A stretch of DNA of 63,477 nt, filler included, from Reticulomyxa filosa (Eukaryota; Protista; Foraminifera): NCBI GenBank assembly GCA_000512085.1. It is 12 parts of 12 records of this genome, joined end to end, with 100 filler letters (N's around TTAATTAATTAA, not from the genome) between each part and the next. Parts side by side here need not be neighbours in the genome. Positions count along the whole stretch, not along the records: positions 48,965 to 59,119 come from ASPP01006525.1; positions 59,220 to 61,978 come from ASPP01019457.1; positions 62,079 to 63,477 come from ASPP01006407.1; 9 more parts are not named here. One strand, given 5' to 3'. Below are positions 52,001 through 63,477 of the stretch, piece after piece. How positions within the stretch are numbered: position 1 is the stretch's first letter; each line of letters opens with the position of its first letter. The position numbers and the translations under genes are program-made. The notes under the pieces are model-generated. The model worked only from the letters and a program-made list of their open reading frames with translations. It made no database searches and was not told where the DNA came from.

Positions 52001-55000
52001 ATTTAAAAAAATAATAATATGTTTTTGTGCACATTTGGCTCCAAAAATAAAATAAAAAAAACAACCAAATAAAAAAAGGTCCTCGACAATTGAAAACCGT
52101 TTTAATGGAGGAGGAGACGAAAATCAACGAGAATAAGGCTGCAATTGCAAAAGACACTACATTGACAGCCACAAACAACGTGGTTCCATCCTTGCCTTCC
52201 TCAAAACAAGAAGGAACTGGAACTGGAGCTGAAGTGGTTACTGCAAATACTGAAGCAGTAATGAAGGACACAGAAGGAAAAGAGAAAGAGATGGACGTAG
52301 ACTCCTCCTTGCACAGTTGTGAGAAAAATTTGAAAGTGACATTTTCGTGTCATTTCAACAAACATTGCAATTGCAAAATGATATTGATACCAAAAATATC
52401 TTCGACTGGAGAAACGTATTTTCCTTTTGCAATGCCTCGTATCATGGTGATGGACTTGCGGACCTCAAAGATTGACAACTCTCCATTGCAGCAAATCCGA
52501 CATTCTGGCACGTTGTATACGAAAAATGACATATCGATACTTGTTAAGACACCTTTTTTAAATATTCAACATATGACGGAGAAAGAAAAAGAAGAAACGA
52601 GTGAGTTTAGCATTGAATGTAAAGATTGCAGTGAAAAAGGTGACAAGAGAAAATTTACAGATGTTCGATTGTATAACAAAATTGATTTGCACTTGTCAAA
52701 GGATGACGTATACAAAAAAAATGAAAATGAGACTAAAGAGAAATTTAAATTTAATCAAAAACAGCAAACTTCCAGGAAAATCCACGAAAAAGTGCAGCCC
52801 AATCCTGCAAATGACAGTGAAGAGAGTGATATATTTGAGTTTCCGTGTCCTTGGCTCATTGAAAAGACCTCTCTCAAACTAAAAAATGACGGGGCTCCCT
52901 CCAAACTCAATTTGATATTTGTGCCATTCAACTTGACACAGTACAAATGCCAAATTCGATTCAAAGTTTCTTATTGCACTCCTCTTCTATTATTTGCAAA
53001 ATTTTTTTTTTTTTTTTGGGAGTCCGAGCAGAAAAAAAAAACAATCTCAAGGTCAAAACAAAACAAACAAAAAAAGAATCCTGATATTGGAGAGTTTATA
53101 TATGAAATCATTGGAGATGTTTTGTTGCCGTCTCCTGAAGTCATAAAAGTCATTCGCAGCGAATGCTTAGTCAGAAAAACAATATCACAGCAGATTCTTG
53201 TTCCCTTTGACAACATGTTTTTAACAGAGGCCACTAATTTTTGTGCAGAAAGATCTTTGCCTCATTCAGCTAAAAAGTTGCGGACAAAAAACTACAATGA
53301 AACGAAACCTCTTGTTCCTTCCTCTAGTGTGTATCAAGTATTTTGCACTTCTCCCTATTATCACTTGCCGAAATACATTTCCTTGTCGAAAAAAGATACT
53401 GAGGCAAAAACTGAAAATGAAGGAGCTCCGCAAATTACAAAAAACAAAGAACCCAGCAAAACTGCTCAAACTACAGACGAAATTCAAACTGACTCTCTCA
53501 AAAATCAGTTAACTGTGCAATTCACTCCGTATGATCCCGGCATATATCCTTGCACAATTTTGCTGCAATCTCAATTAGATTTACGAGTCTACTACCTGGT
53601 ATCGTTCTGTTTTATACGTATTCATATTGTATCACTCCACGCACGTAACAAAACAAATATATATATATATGTATATGTATGTATATTCCTCAATAAAATT
53701 AAAACAGGAATTCACGGCAAAGTCAGAAGGAAGTTATGCAGAACTGGAATTCACAACAACTGCAAATGAGCCAGTAACACAAGATATACCAATAGTAAAC
53801 GATAGCGACGAAGAGTGGAAGTCAGTGCACATTTGAATAACAGCAATTTTAGTGGAGAGGAAAGCATTTTGATCGCCCCCAAAAGCACCAGTATGTATCG
53901 ATTGGCATTCACTCCAGACTGGATTGGTAAGGAAACTGGTCAGTTGGCATTATTGAATTACAATACTGACGAAAGTTATGTTTACAAATTGACCGCTTAT
54001 GTCACGGAGCCAGCTGCAATTGGCCTCCTTACTCTTTACGGCAAAGCACGCTCCAAAATCGAGCATACTGTTGAAGTCCTAAGTCCTTTCAAACACAAGT
54101 CTATAACGTATCAAGTTGAATCAGATCTACCCAACATATACGGAGAGGGTCAGATTTCGATTCCTCATCCCAATGGCAAATACCAGTATACATTTGGAAT
54201 AATACCAATGACAAGTGGTGTAACAAAAGGGTCGCTCACGTTCATTGACAACACTGGCAAGTTCCAGTGGTTTGCAATTGTGGTCAATTCCACCCCGTCA
54301 GAGCCAGAAGATTGTTTGCAACTACGAACTTATTTACGCGAATTAGCAGCCGTTGAAATAGATTTGAAAAACCCACTGGAAGAAATGGTGGAGTTTGAAG
54401 TTGAGTACAAAGGAAGCGGATTATTTGGGGACTCCAAGTTACGTATTCATCCGCAACAAGAGACCACTTATACCTTGCACTATTTCCCATCAAGACCTGG
54501 CAAAGATAGTGGTCTCATTTCGTTTCGGCACGACTCCACCGGTGAATTTTGGTATAAGTTAGATCTGGAGGCACTTGTGCCGCCTCCGAAAAAACTGAAA
54601 ACTATGCTATGTGCAATTGGAAATTCTTCCGTTTAGTTTTTTTTAAAAAAATGTAGTCCAGTCAATAGGAAAAGAAAGGGAGCCATCAACGATAATACAT
54701 ACATATACAATACATATATATTTTATTTTATTTTTTGTAATTGTTAGACTGAGGAATTCGAGATCGAAAACCCCTTGAACGAGGAAACAGAACTAAAACA
54801 TACTCTGAGCAACAACGAAAATTTTTCCATCATTCCGCAAACTATCAGAATGGCATCGTTGAGCAAGATGCAGTTGAAGGTGAGATATACACCTTCTTCC
54901 ATTGGCGTGAAACAACAATGTCTCATTACATTATTTAATGAGAAAATCTCCGAATGGGCCTATGAAGTGGAGGCCATGGGAACAGAGCCAGTTGTTCAAG

Positions 55001-56515
55001 AGAAGTCTGATATTTACGGATTGTTAAACCAAAACTGCAGCACAACAATTTCTTTTCAAAATCCGTTTAACGCCAACTTGCTCATCAAAGCCGAGTTGAA
55101 GTCAACTCAAGGAGACCAAAAGACCTGGCACATGTTGTTTGACAAGCACAAGCATCACAAAAAGACACAACGTCTTCATTTCAGAGCCAATGATGAGGCT
55201 CCATGGCAATCCTCCACTCTCACAGAAAGTGACTCCGATCCAGTCTTGCAAGTGTCATCAACTGAATTAGGGCCCAAAGAATCCATCAGCATCCCTATAC
55301 TCTTTTCTCCACAACTAATGAAACGGTATGAATCAACCTTATTCATAAGCAGTCTTTACAACAACCAAACCCTAATTTGGACCTACCCGATCGTCGGCTT
55401 AGCTCAGTGCAAGCTGACACGTTTGTTGGAGTTGAAATGCGCGGCCAGAGAAGCTGTTCAAGAAGTTGAGTGCAGTGCACATATTATTATAGCCATACGT
55501 ATCCTTCAATAGTGTCAGCTTTTGTTTTCAAATGTTCGAACAACAATAGGTCTGGGATATCCACTTGGAGAATCAAATTTGGAACGAAAAAGATAAATTC
55601 GATGTGCATTTTAATTACAATGATCAATCGATGAGCGGCAAACGTGATAATATGGCAGTCTCGTTAAATAAAGACTTGGAGTCACTCAAAACTTTGGTCA
55701 ACTCTTCATTCGAAATGGAATTGATTGATAACTGTAAAGAAAGTTCAAAAAATCAGCTCCAGATCAGAGTTCTTAAAGAGCACTCCTTTTTTTTTTTGGA
55801 GGGGATAGGATAATAAACTGAAAGATAACAAGATAGTTTACAAAATAGGTTTTATTTAGTCCACTGCGTCCATTTAGCTATGCGGGTGAGTTATTGATCG
55901 TTAATAAAACAACGGGGGTGCAATGGCTGCTAGGTGTCAGGATTGAAGCTTTAGAGCCAGTGGTAGACGATGTTATTAGAATCGAATCACCTCTAAATCA
56001 ATCCTCCTCGATTGGTTTTCAGCTATTAAATTTGTTCAATTGCGAGGCACCTTTTACTGCATTTTTTACTCCAGATTCACCAGATGAATTCAGAATATAT
56101 CCTTCCAAAGGTGTCTTACAAGCAGCAACAAATGATCAGGGGACCACATTCATTATCTCGTTTACACCACATCAATATGGGGCACCTTTAGTGGGCAAAT
56201 TGCTAATACAAGTTTGTATTGCTCGAATATCTTGCAACAGAAAACAGGGTTTCCAAATTTATGAGTGTATAATGCTTGTTCAAAAAAACTTTTGGGCTTG
56301 TTTTATAGACACAAGTAATGCAGTGGGGATACAAAGTCATTGGCACACATCCTAAATATAAACCTCCTCTGTCGTCAGTAATGCATACAAAAATTGATAG
56401 CCACATATCTAAACAAGTCCTTCAACACAAAAAATGCAGAATGCTTCAAGTCAAAAACTTTGTAAAAGAGAATGCTCAACTTTTCAAACTTAAAAATAAA
56501 CGCTTTTTTCCATGA
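49086..56515 (+). CDS. CFAP47: Cilia- and flagella-associated protein 47 (C-terminal part; many exons; 5' truncated)
   Basis: Serial Ig-like/ASH-type domains and a CH domain (ENLLLLWASF..LSDGVAAACTLISYVP..NMCLFWLHLYTKLPMY); motifs GEFIYEIIG, ELEFTT..QDIPIVNDSDEEW, GEFWYKLDLEA, WTYPIVG, GGVQW-type segment, FTAFFTPDSPDEFRIYPSKGVL, YGAPLVGKLLIQT..MQWGYKVIGTHPKY. Confidence 0.85.
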
Positions 56516-56803
56516 TTAAATACGCTTTGTAAAAAATTGAGGAGATTTGGATAAAGTGGTTGTCTTTGAAAACAAACAAAAAGGAAACTTAATTAATAAT
56601 TCAAAAGAAATTAATTATATAAGTTGAAAATTTAGTTTCAATTGTTCACCTAACCGAGAGGGAAAGAGCGCCTTCAACTTAAAAAAAAAAAAGCACTTAT
56701 TTATTCAATTCTCTCACAATCAAATATTATCTGTTTAATGTTATAATAGTTTAATTTTACTTTCGAGTAAGGAAAAAGATATACAAATCAGAGAATAAGA
56801 TCA

Positions 56804-59005
56804 ATGACAAAAGAAGCTTCAAAGCCAAAAGAGACGAAAGAAGTTGACTTGGGATCTGATTTCCTTTCGTTTGACGTGCCACAACAGTACCGAATAAAAA
56901 CAGAGCACATAAACGTAAACTACAAAAAAGAAGCGAAAGTGAATGAGTACTACAAGGGAGTGATTGAAGGGAAGATAGCATTGAACGATAATAGTAAGAT
57001 ATGTAAGCTAGCAAATGAGTTGGTGCAACAGTTGGTAGAAGAGTGTCAAAATGAGAAAAGCAGTCCCTTTTCGCGATTATATGGAGTGGTCTTTGGAGGG
57101 AATTTGCAAAAGAAATTGGCCGTCCGCCACAAGTTTATACTACGTAAACCTAAAAAAATCACTGTGATTGGCGATGTGATATTTTTATTTCGAGTCGATA
57201 AAAAAAAACCGGAGTCTCTCAAGAATGCAAAGCAAGTGCAAAAAGAGATTATGACTTGGATCGAGCAAACAATGAAAAAAAAAAAGAAAAAAGAAAAAGA
57301 AGAAGCAAAGAGCCAAAAAGATTTTAAAATAGCTTCATGTTCAGATCAATTCATAACAATTACAAGCAAGGAGGGACGACTTAATGTGTCGGTGGCGTAT
57401 ACGTATGAAAAAAGAGTGTACTGTGGCTTTCATTTTAAAGATGAAAAGAAACACGTATACATATGTACCCCAGAGGAGTTGAAAATGTGTGTGAAGGACT
57501 TGTTTACCCACTATAAAGACTACAAGATTCAACTTCTGCAGCTGCTACAACAGCAGCAGCAGCAGCAGCAGCAAGAAGACATTGAATTTTGCAATCGCAA
57601 TATGAGTGCTGCGCTGACAATGTTGAGTACGTATTATATGCGAGAGGAACATATTGGTGGGAACACGCGACTCGCTATTCTGCTTATCAAAGCGTGGAAG
57701 TATTATCTACTTCGTCGAATGTCCGCTCTGGAGTTTCTCAGTGATGTTGCCATTGAACTGCTTTGCGTATACGCCCAACACTTGCTTGTGCAAGATGTGC
57801 TGCAACAGGGACGTAGTGCTGCTGGCCGACAAGCGCAAGGACAAGCACAAATGGAAGAAAAAGAAACAGAAAAACATAAGAGTATACAAATGCGACAAGA
57901 TATTTCCATTCTTGATGTTGTTCAGCAATTCCTGGTTTTGTTGATTTATATTGCTGAACGCGTGACATCGGGCAAGCCTTGCATATTGCTCTGGCCTTAC
58001 CAAGAGGTACCTTTCGAAACTTTAGTCACTCAAAATGATGTCCTCACTTGGCTCAAAACACAAGATGTCCATGCTCTTAAGTCCACCGTTTTTCTTATCG
58101 ACAATGTTACTTTACGTTGCGTTCAAAAAAAACACAATATCTAATATATATCTCTCTCTCTCACTCAACACACACACCTTACTTACATACATGTTACAAA
58201 TTCAATCGGAAAAAAAAAACAAACCTCCTCCCTTTTTAGACTCTATTTTTTTCTCCTTCCTTTCCTTCTTCTACTTGTATATACGTATGCAAAGGAAATT
58301 TTAAAAAAGACTCTGAAAAATACAACTATGCAGAAAACGTTACCAGTGATATAAACGTGAAAATGTGGAAAAAGTGGAGCGAACAAGCGAAAATCGCTTT
58401 GGATTATTTGCTGACTGATGATCCTAAACAATGGATCGATTCTTTGGTGTATTGCAAAGATAAATCTGCATGTTTGAGCATTACTTTTTTTTTGCCTTTG
58501 TTCAAGTCAATAGATTCAAGTGCCAACCAAAAAAAAAAAAAAAAAATTGTTAATAATAAACTATAAATAAGTGTATTATTTTATCAATTTTTTTTTTTTT
58601 TTCATGTGTTAACAAAAAGACAAAAAGTTGGACGAACAAATGGAAAATGAAGAAATTGAAAAAATGCGCGACCAAGAAGAGAAAGAAAATTCAAGTGACC
58701 CCGAGATCACAACAACAGAAGACAAACAAGAAATAGCCAAAATGCGTGCCATTGAGCATTGCTTCTCTCAAGGTGAGTACCTTTGGTCTGCAGCTACAAT
58801 AGAAACTCGTTGGATGAGAATTTGCAAAAAACGGAATTTACCTAGCTGTATCCACATGAATATAAATGGCATTGAGCCGTTGCTTCAAAAAATGTGTACA
58901 AAGGCGATCTTGCGCCAGCAGTCAATACAAAATACTCGCTTCTACAAATGGAAAAATGGATCTCCATCCCCTAGGCTGAAGAACATACGCAACCTTATCA
59001 AATAA
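56804..59005 (+). CDS. OAS-like (2'-5' oligoadenylate synthetase/DZF fold) nucleotidyltransferase with degenerate catalytic motifs; about 3 exons
   Basis: VVFGGNLQKKLAV..IGDVIF (vs GGS.GKGT..D.DLV); SAALTMLSTYYMR (vs S..FT.LQ..F); RLAILLIKAWKYY; LSDVAIELLCVYA (vs Y.LELL.VYAW); CILLWPY; after intron 58116-58294, NVTSDINVKMWKKWSEQAKIAL (vs N....W..LA.EA). Confidence 0.7.
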
Positions 59006-59219
59006 ATAATATTGTGCACCCTCCCCTCTCTTCCAACTTTTCAAAGAAAAATCTTTTTTTATGGAAGTCAAAGTTGTGAAGGGCTGTTGTTTGTACCGAA
59101 AATTACTACCTTTTTTTTCNNNNNNNNNNNNNNNNNNNNNNNNNNNNNNNNNNNNNNNNNNNNTTAATTAATTAANNNNNNNNNNNNNNNNNNNNNNNNN
59201 NNNNNNNNNNNNNNNNNNN

Positions 59220-61978
59220 ATCCTTACCACATGTATGATTTCTCTGACGACAATCATGAAGAGTCTCATGGCCTGATTGCAATTTACACGGTAAAGCATT
59301 TTCTTTGGTTTCCGTCTCGCTTTGTTTACAACGACTACACACTTGATCACATTGATGCGATCCCAAACAATTGTGCTCAACTTCACTACTTTGTTGATGA
59401 GATTGTTGCAACAAACATAAGAAATAACAATGTTTACATTTGGCCCCACATAACATAAGTAGATTTTCCATTGCTTGTAATTGATTAAGTACAGTGTTAA
59501 TAAAAGGTTTGATAAATTTGGCCACCACTTCATTTTGACTACGTTTTGCACGTTTGTCGGTTGTGTCAATCTTTTGTTCTTGCACATTATTATTTCCTCA
59601 AAGTGTTTGAAATCCAAATCCATTCAATTCATTGGCAATCCATTTCTCTAAGACCAATTCTCGTCTTAAACAAATCAATTTTAAGAACAATTGAAATGCA
59701 ATAAACCATTGTCTGTGAGTGGAATGACCTCTTTTGCATTCGGGGTATTTGTCTCTCAAATTCACTATACAAGTATTTCAGAATGTTGTTATGGACTAAA
59801 TTCAACCCACCATTTGGAATATTGTCCAATATCTTTTCAAAACCTTCTTTCCATTGCTTTAATTGATCGATTTGTTCAGTCACTGTTGCCTTTGACTGTT
59901 CGCTACTTTGAGAGCAAATATGTTCCAGTTTTTGCAAAAGGGAGTTGATCACGTCTGAATTTTTTACCTCAATTTTTTCTTTTTTTGTTAAACCTACAAT
60001 TTCCATATCCTCTTTGGCATCAAAGCGATCCAATGATTCAAATTTTTTGGAGATGGTCAAAGTTCCAAATTTGATTGCGCACTCTGTATATTGTTGCACT
60101 CTCTCCACTGCCGATTCTACAATCTGTTCACTTAGATTCGAGTTCCAATCTTTCATGGTTAGCCTTGCCAATGATTGCTTTCATATGTCGCAAGAAGGCA
60201 ACACCACCATCACCATGGATTATCGGTAAATTCTCGATTGACTCTCGCAAGACCGAAAACTTTTCGAAAAATGAATCATGCATCAATGGGGGATAAGGTT
60301 CGATGTGAATGTTTGTTGAATCTTTGTACATTTGCATTACAAATGACTCTGACTCCCCATTTTTATCTGTGCAATCCTGACAAAAGGATACAATTTTTTC
60401 AGAAAATTCAGATAAGACTTGGTCGATATCTGAGGTTGCAATATCTTTAACTACAATGAGCAAACGGCCTTTAAACAATTTATCATTGTCATCACGTAAA
60501 AATTGGACTCCTTTTTGGAATCTCTCAAACATTTTGGCAATATCTTGATCAAAACGATTTTCACATTTGAATACAGTGCAATTTGAAATGGATGCATTGA
60601 ATACAGACAAAAGAGCATCTTCTTGAGGAGATCGTTCAAATGAACCTAGTCCCTCAAAGTCTAAAATAACGTATAAAATATCTCCAACAATCCTTGCAGT
60701 GAGCCAAACTCCATCAGTGCAACGAGCACCAGAAATATCAAATTTACATCCAAGAAAATGATTCAGCATGTAAGACTTGCCAGTGGATTGTTTCCCCATG
60801 CTACTCACCACTCGAATTTTGCCTTGCCACGAGTTGATTAGTGCATCATAGCCTCCAAATCGAATACAATCAACAAAACTGCTGTTTGTAGTGCAACGTG
60901 CATAACGTGCTTGATCATTTTCACCATTTGTGAAGTAATACAAAATCCCCTCCAGAGGCTTTAGCAATTTGCATTGGAAATTGCACAATCACTTGTCTTA
61001 TGAAATGATCTCCACTTCTGGAAGGACTGTGATTTTTCACCAATTTCAAAATATCTTTTAGATGAATTTGTTTGTTTGTGCCATCAATTGCAATGGGTAC
61101 ACATTGCAAATCCAAATGTGTAAATATTTTTTTGGTGTCTTGGTTAACCTTGTCGCGTGCATGCAACACCAATTCGGATGCTTGTGTTATTCTTTCTCTC
61201 GATATCCATGATGATGACGAGGATGATTTGTTTTCATTTGCATCCAAGAGAACAGATAAATGAAGAGCCAATTTGGGCTGTGAATAAAACTCTGGTTTGG
61301 ATCCAAATTTATCCAAGCTGTATTCAATGTAATCCAATTTGCTTGGCTTTTTTGTTCGAAATTTCCAATCATCGCTGGCAGTTAAATTTCCATACATGGA
61401 TGTTAATTTGATATGTAATTGTGATTTTTTCAAGGATACTTGCAATGGCAGGCAATGGAGAACAAATTGGTCATTCAAAAAAGCGATATAAATTTGTTTT
61501 TGAAGGATTAATTTGAGTCGAACGTCATATATACCATTTGGTGTGAATTCCTTTGGTAACACCAAGCTACGCACAAGTTCTTTGGAGTCATCGAGTGCAT
61601 AAAAATCGCACTGCACAAGACCTGTCGGTGTACGTTTCACTGGAGGGATAATTGCAAAACTAGCAGTAGTAATCGATTCGGGGGGCTGCGTTTCTCCTTC
61701 TTTTGTATCTGCATGCGCGTTTCTAGGTTTATTGTTTTCACCAGGTGTTTGTATATTTCCTTCGGTGACTACGTCGTTGTCATGATCAGTCTGCATCTGT
61801 GGTTGTGCTGTTACAACTTGTTCTTGAGATTTTATTCCAACAATGTATCCACCTTCCAGTGTCATCATCACTTTGGAGTATTGTTCTTTGCAAATAATTT
61901 CGCGTTCATTATTGAACAGACTAGTATCCAAAGCAATACAACGGATTGTATTTTTGTTATCCAAAATGTATAAATTAC
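59220..61978 (-). pseudogene. VLIG/GBP-atlastin-clan large GTPase gene with Cys/His-rich repeats, disrupted (partial at both ends)
   Basis: G1 VVSSMGKQSTGKSYMLNHF, G2 GARCTDGVW, G3 ILDFEGLGSFERSPQED, G4-like IVVKD; downstream LCGAKCKHCYFLCLL..H..HNCLGSHQC. Frameshifts at ~60930, ~60170 and ~59660 and an in-frame stop ~59600. Confidence 0.8.
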
Positions 61979-62078
61979 NNNNNNNNNNNNNNNNNNNNNN
62001 NNNNNNNNNNNNNNNNNNNNNNTTAATTAATTAANNNNNNNNNNNNNNNNNNNNNNNNNNNNNNNNNNNNNNNNNNNN

Positions 62079-62648
62079 TTTGTTTGAAGAGAGAACTGGG
62101 CGGATGATAAATCAAATTGTTGTGTGCCTTGTGCCGATTGGGTGCTCACAGGCGTTTTGACGGATGACGACTTCGGCGAAAAGAACTCGCCCGATGTGAA
62201 ATATGTTGCCCAAGAGTGATCCACCGACTGAGGATTTTCCAACCATTTCGAATACAATTTCTCCACGTACGGTCTTTATCACAACATTTTTTACCCTCAA
62301 TGGGTCCATCACAAATTTAAACCCCTTTCCACCCCACCCCCCTTTTTTTTGTTGTTTTTTTTTGGATCGGAAATAATGCACATGTGTATGTAAACGAAAT
62401 TTGGCACTTAACCCAGTCGAGCCTGTCAAAAATGTGTCTTTGGAAACAGACGAAGAAAAACAACGACGAGGCGAGCTTGTGGCCTTGCTCTTCTTGTTTG
62501 TGTCGTTGGCTTGGTGCTGACAGCCCAGCCCACTTCCTGCGAACACGCGCGCATCCAAGCCATGTTGTCGCTTTATGACTGTCAAAAATCGCTTCGAAGG
62601 GGATTTTTTTAATGGGCTTGACAAGCCACAATGCGACAAATGATACAT
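62079..62648 (-). CDS. OGDH: 2-oxoglutarate dehydrogenase E1, N-terminal exons (truncated by contig end)
   Basis: Mitochondrial-presequence-like start, DTFLTGSTG, intron, then YVEKLYSKWLENPQSVDHSWATYF. Confidence 0.88.
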
Positions 62649-62966
62649 TATGCTGCCTTTGGATCGACCAATAATCTCAAACTGGTCAAAAAAAAAAAAG
62701 TACTTGTATTCTTAGCTAGTCAACACCGTCACTTTATTTTCTTTTCTTTTAAAAAAATACTGTGCACGGATTGCTGGATAGCACTGGTTTAGACATTAAC
62801 CAGACATCTTGTTTTTTAAAAGTATCTTTGCATCCTAAGCTATTTTTGCTACCGCGTATGTCAAATCAGAATTTATAAAAAGCTGCACAAAAAGAAAACA
62901 AAACAGAACAAGATACAATTGTTTTCCCTCCTGACAATTGACTAGTTTTTTTTTTTCAAAAAAAAT

Positions 62967-63444
62967 TTACAAAATATAACACTTGGGGTTATGTTGATCA
63001 GGATTTGTATTTTGATTGTGATCGGGTTCGACGGAAAAGACAAAGGGTGTGTGGTCAGCGAGTAAAGAAACAGTGCTTTGAAAAGATTTGGGAGACTGCT
63101 TTGATTGATTCAAAAACTGTTCCCATTTGACTAATTGTTGGCAAAAAAGATGGGTTGGGAAAAATGATATCGCGTTTGGCGAGGACGAAACAAAAAGCCT
63201 CTGCCAGAGTCAGTGAGCGCAGTTCATCGTCATTATTATCCGCGTCAAAGTTGGAGCGAGTTGCACAACAAGATAGTGACCACGACGCACCCATACCCGA
63301 AGGGGACTTCCCCCACCCAAAACGCTTCCGAACAGTTTCCAATACATTTTGGTCTTCGTCATTCATACACACCCAACGAGACATCAAATACGCAATGACA
63401 ATTGTAGAACTACGACTTATTCCCATTGCACAATGGCTATTCAA
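62967..63444 (-). CDS. Dual-specificity phosphatase, last exon (1-nt slip in the T6 run at 63143-63148)
   Basis: HCAMGISRSSTIVIAYLM; LAEAFCFVLAKRDIIFPNPSF; the shifted frame restores the canonical F.QQL..WE and ends PKCYIL*. Confidence 0.88.
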
Positions 63445-63477
63445 TCACAATAATAATAATAGTAATAATAATAAATA

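Noticed and set aside
56804-61978. Apparent immune cluster of the OAS-like gene beside the VLIG GTPase
   Set aside because: Separated by a linker (59120-59219); the two are on different contigs and their adjacency is arbitrary

Overview
This window is not one locus. It is 12 eukaryotic assembly contigs joined by 11 artificial 100-bp linkers (N44-TTAATTAATTAA-N44), so adjacency across a linker has no biological meaning. The DNA is AT-rich with many short GT-AG introns and low-complexity tracts. The gene families (near-intronless WD40 repeats, NACHT-HEAT proteins, many decayed pseudogenes) suggest a rhizarian protist resembling the foraminiferan Reticulomyxa (inference). Recognisable genes: an EML/EMAP-like WD40 protein, DENND6, RAB3GAP1 (5' end), GSK3 (exon 1), a PHD-finger protein, a PTEN with a C-terminal DEP domain, VIT1/CCC1, an EXD1-like 3'-5' exonuclease, PEN-2, a TFIIH p44 fragment, CFAP47, OGDH E1 (5' end) and a dual-specificity phosphatase. 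Most interesting are the putative innate-immunity genes: (i) an intronless ~1,680-codon NACHT-HEAT-ankyrin protein ending in a predicted His/Asp-Asn/Gln/Cys protease-like domain, with co-oriented WD40 and GNAT pseudogenes downstream; (ii) an OAS-like nucleotidyltransferase with a degenerate active site; (iii) a disrupted VLIG-like GTPase gene. Also notable: an ~850-bp element shared by two contigs, built from exact 40-nt exon-like modules and micro-exons with no ORF, and a triple-hairpin contig-end element. All family assignments rest on motif recognition by eye; no searches were run.
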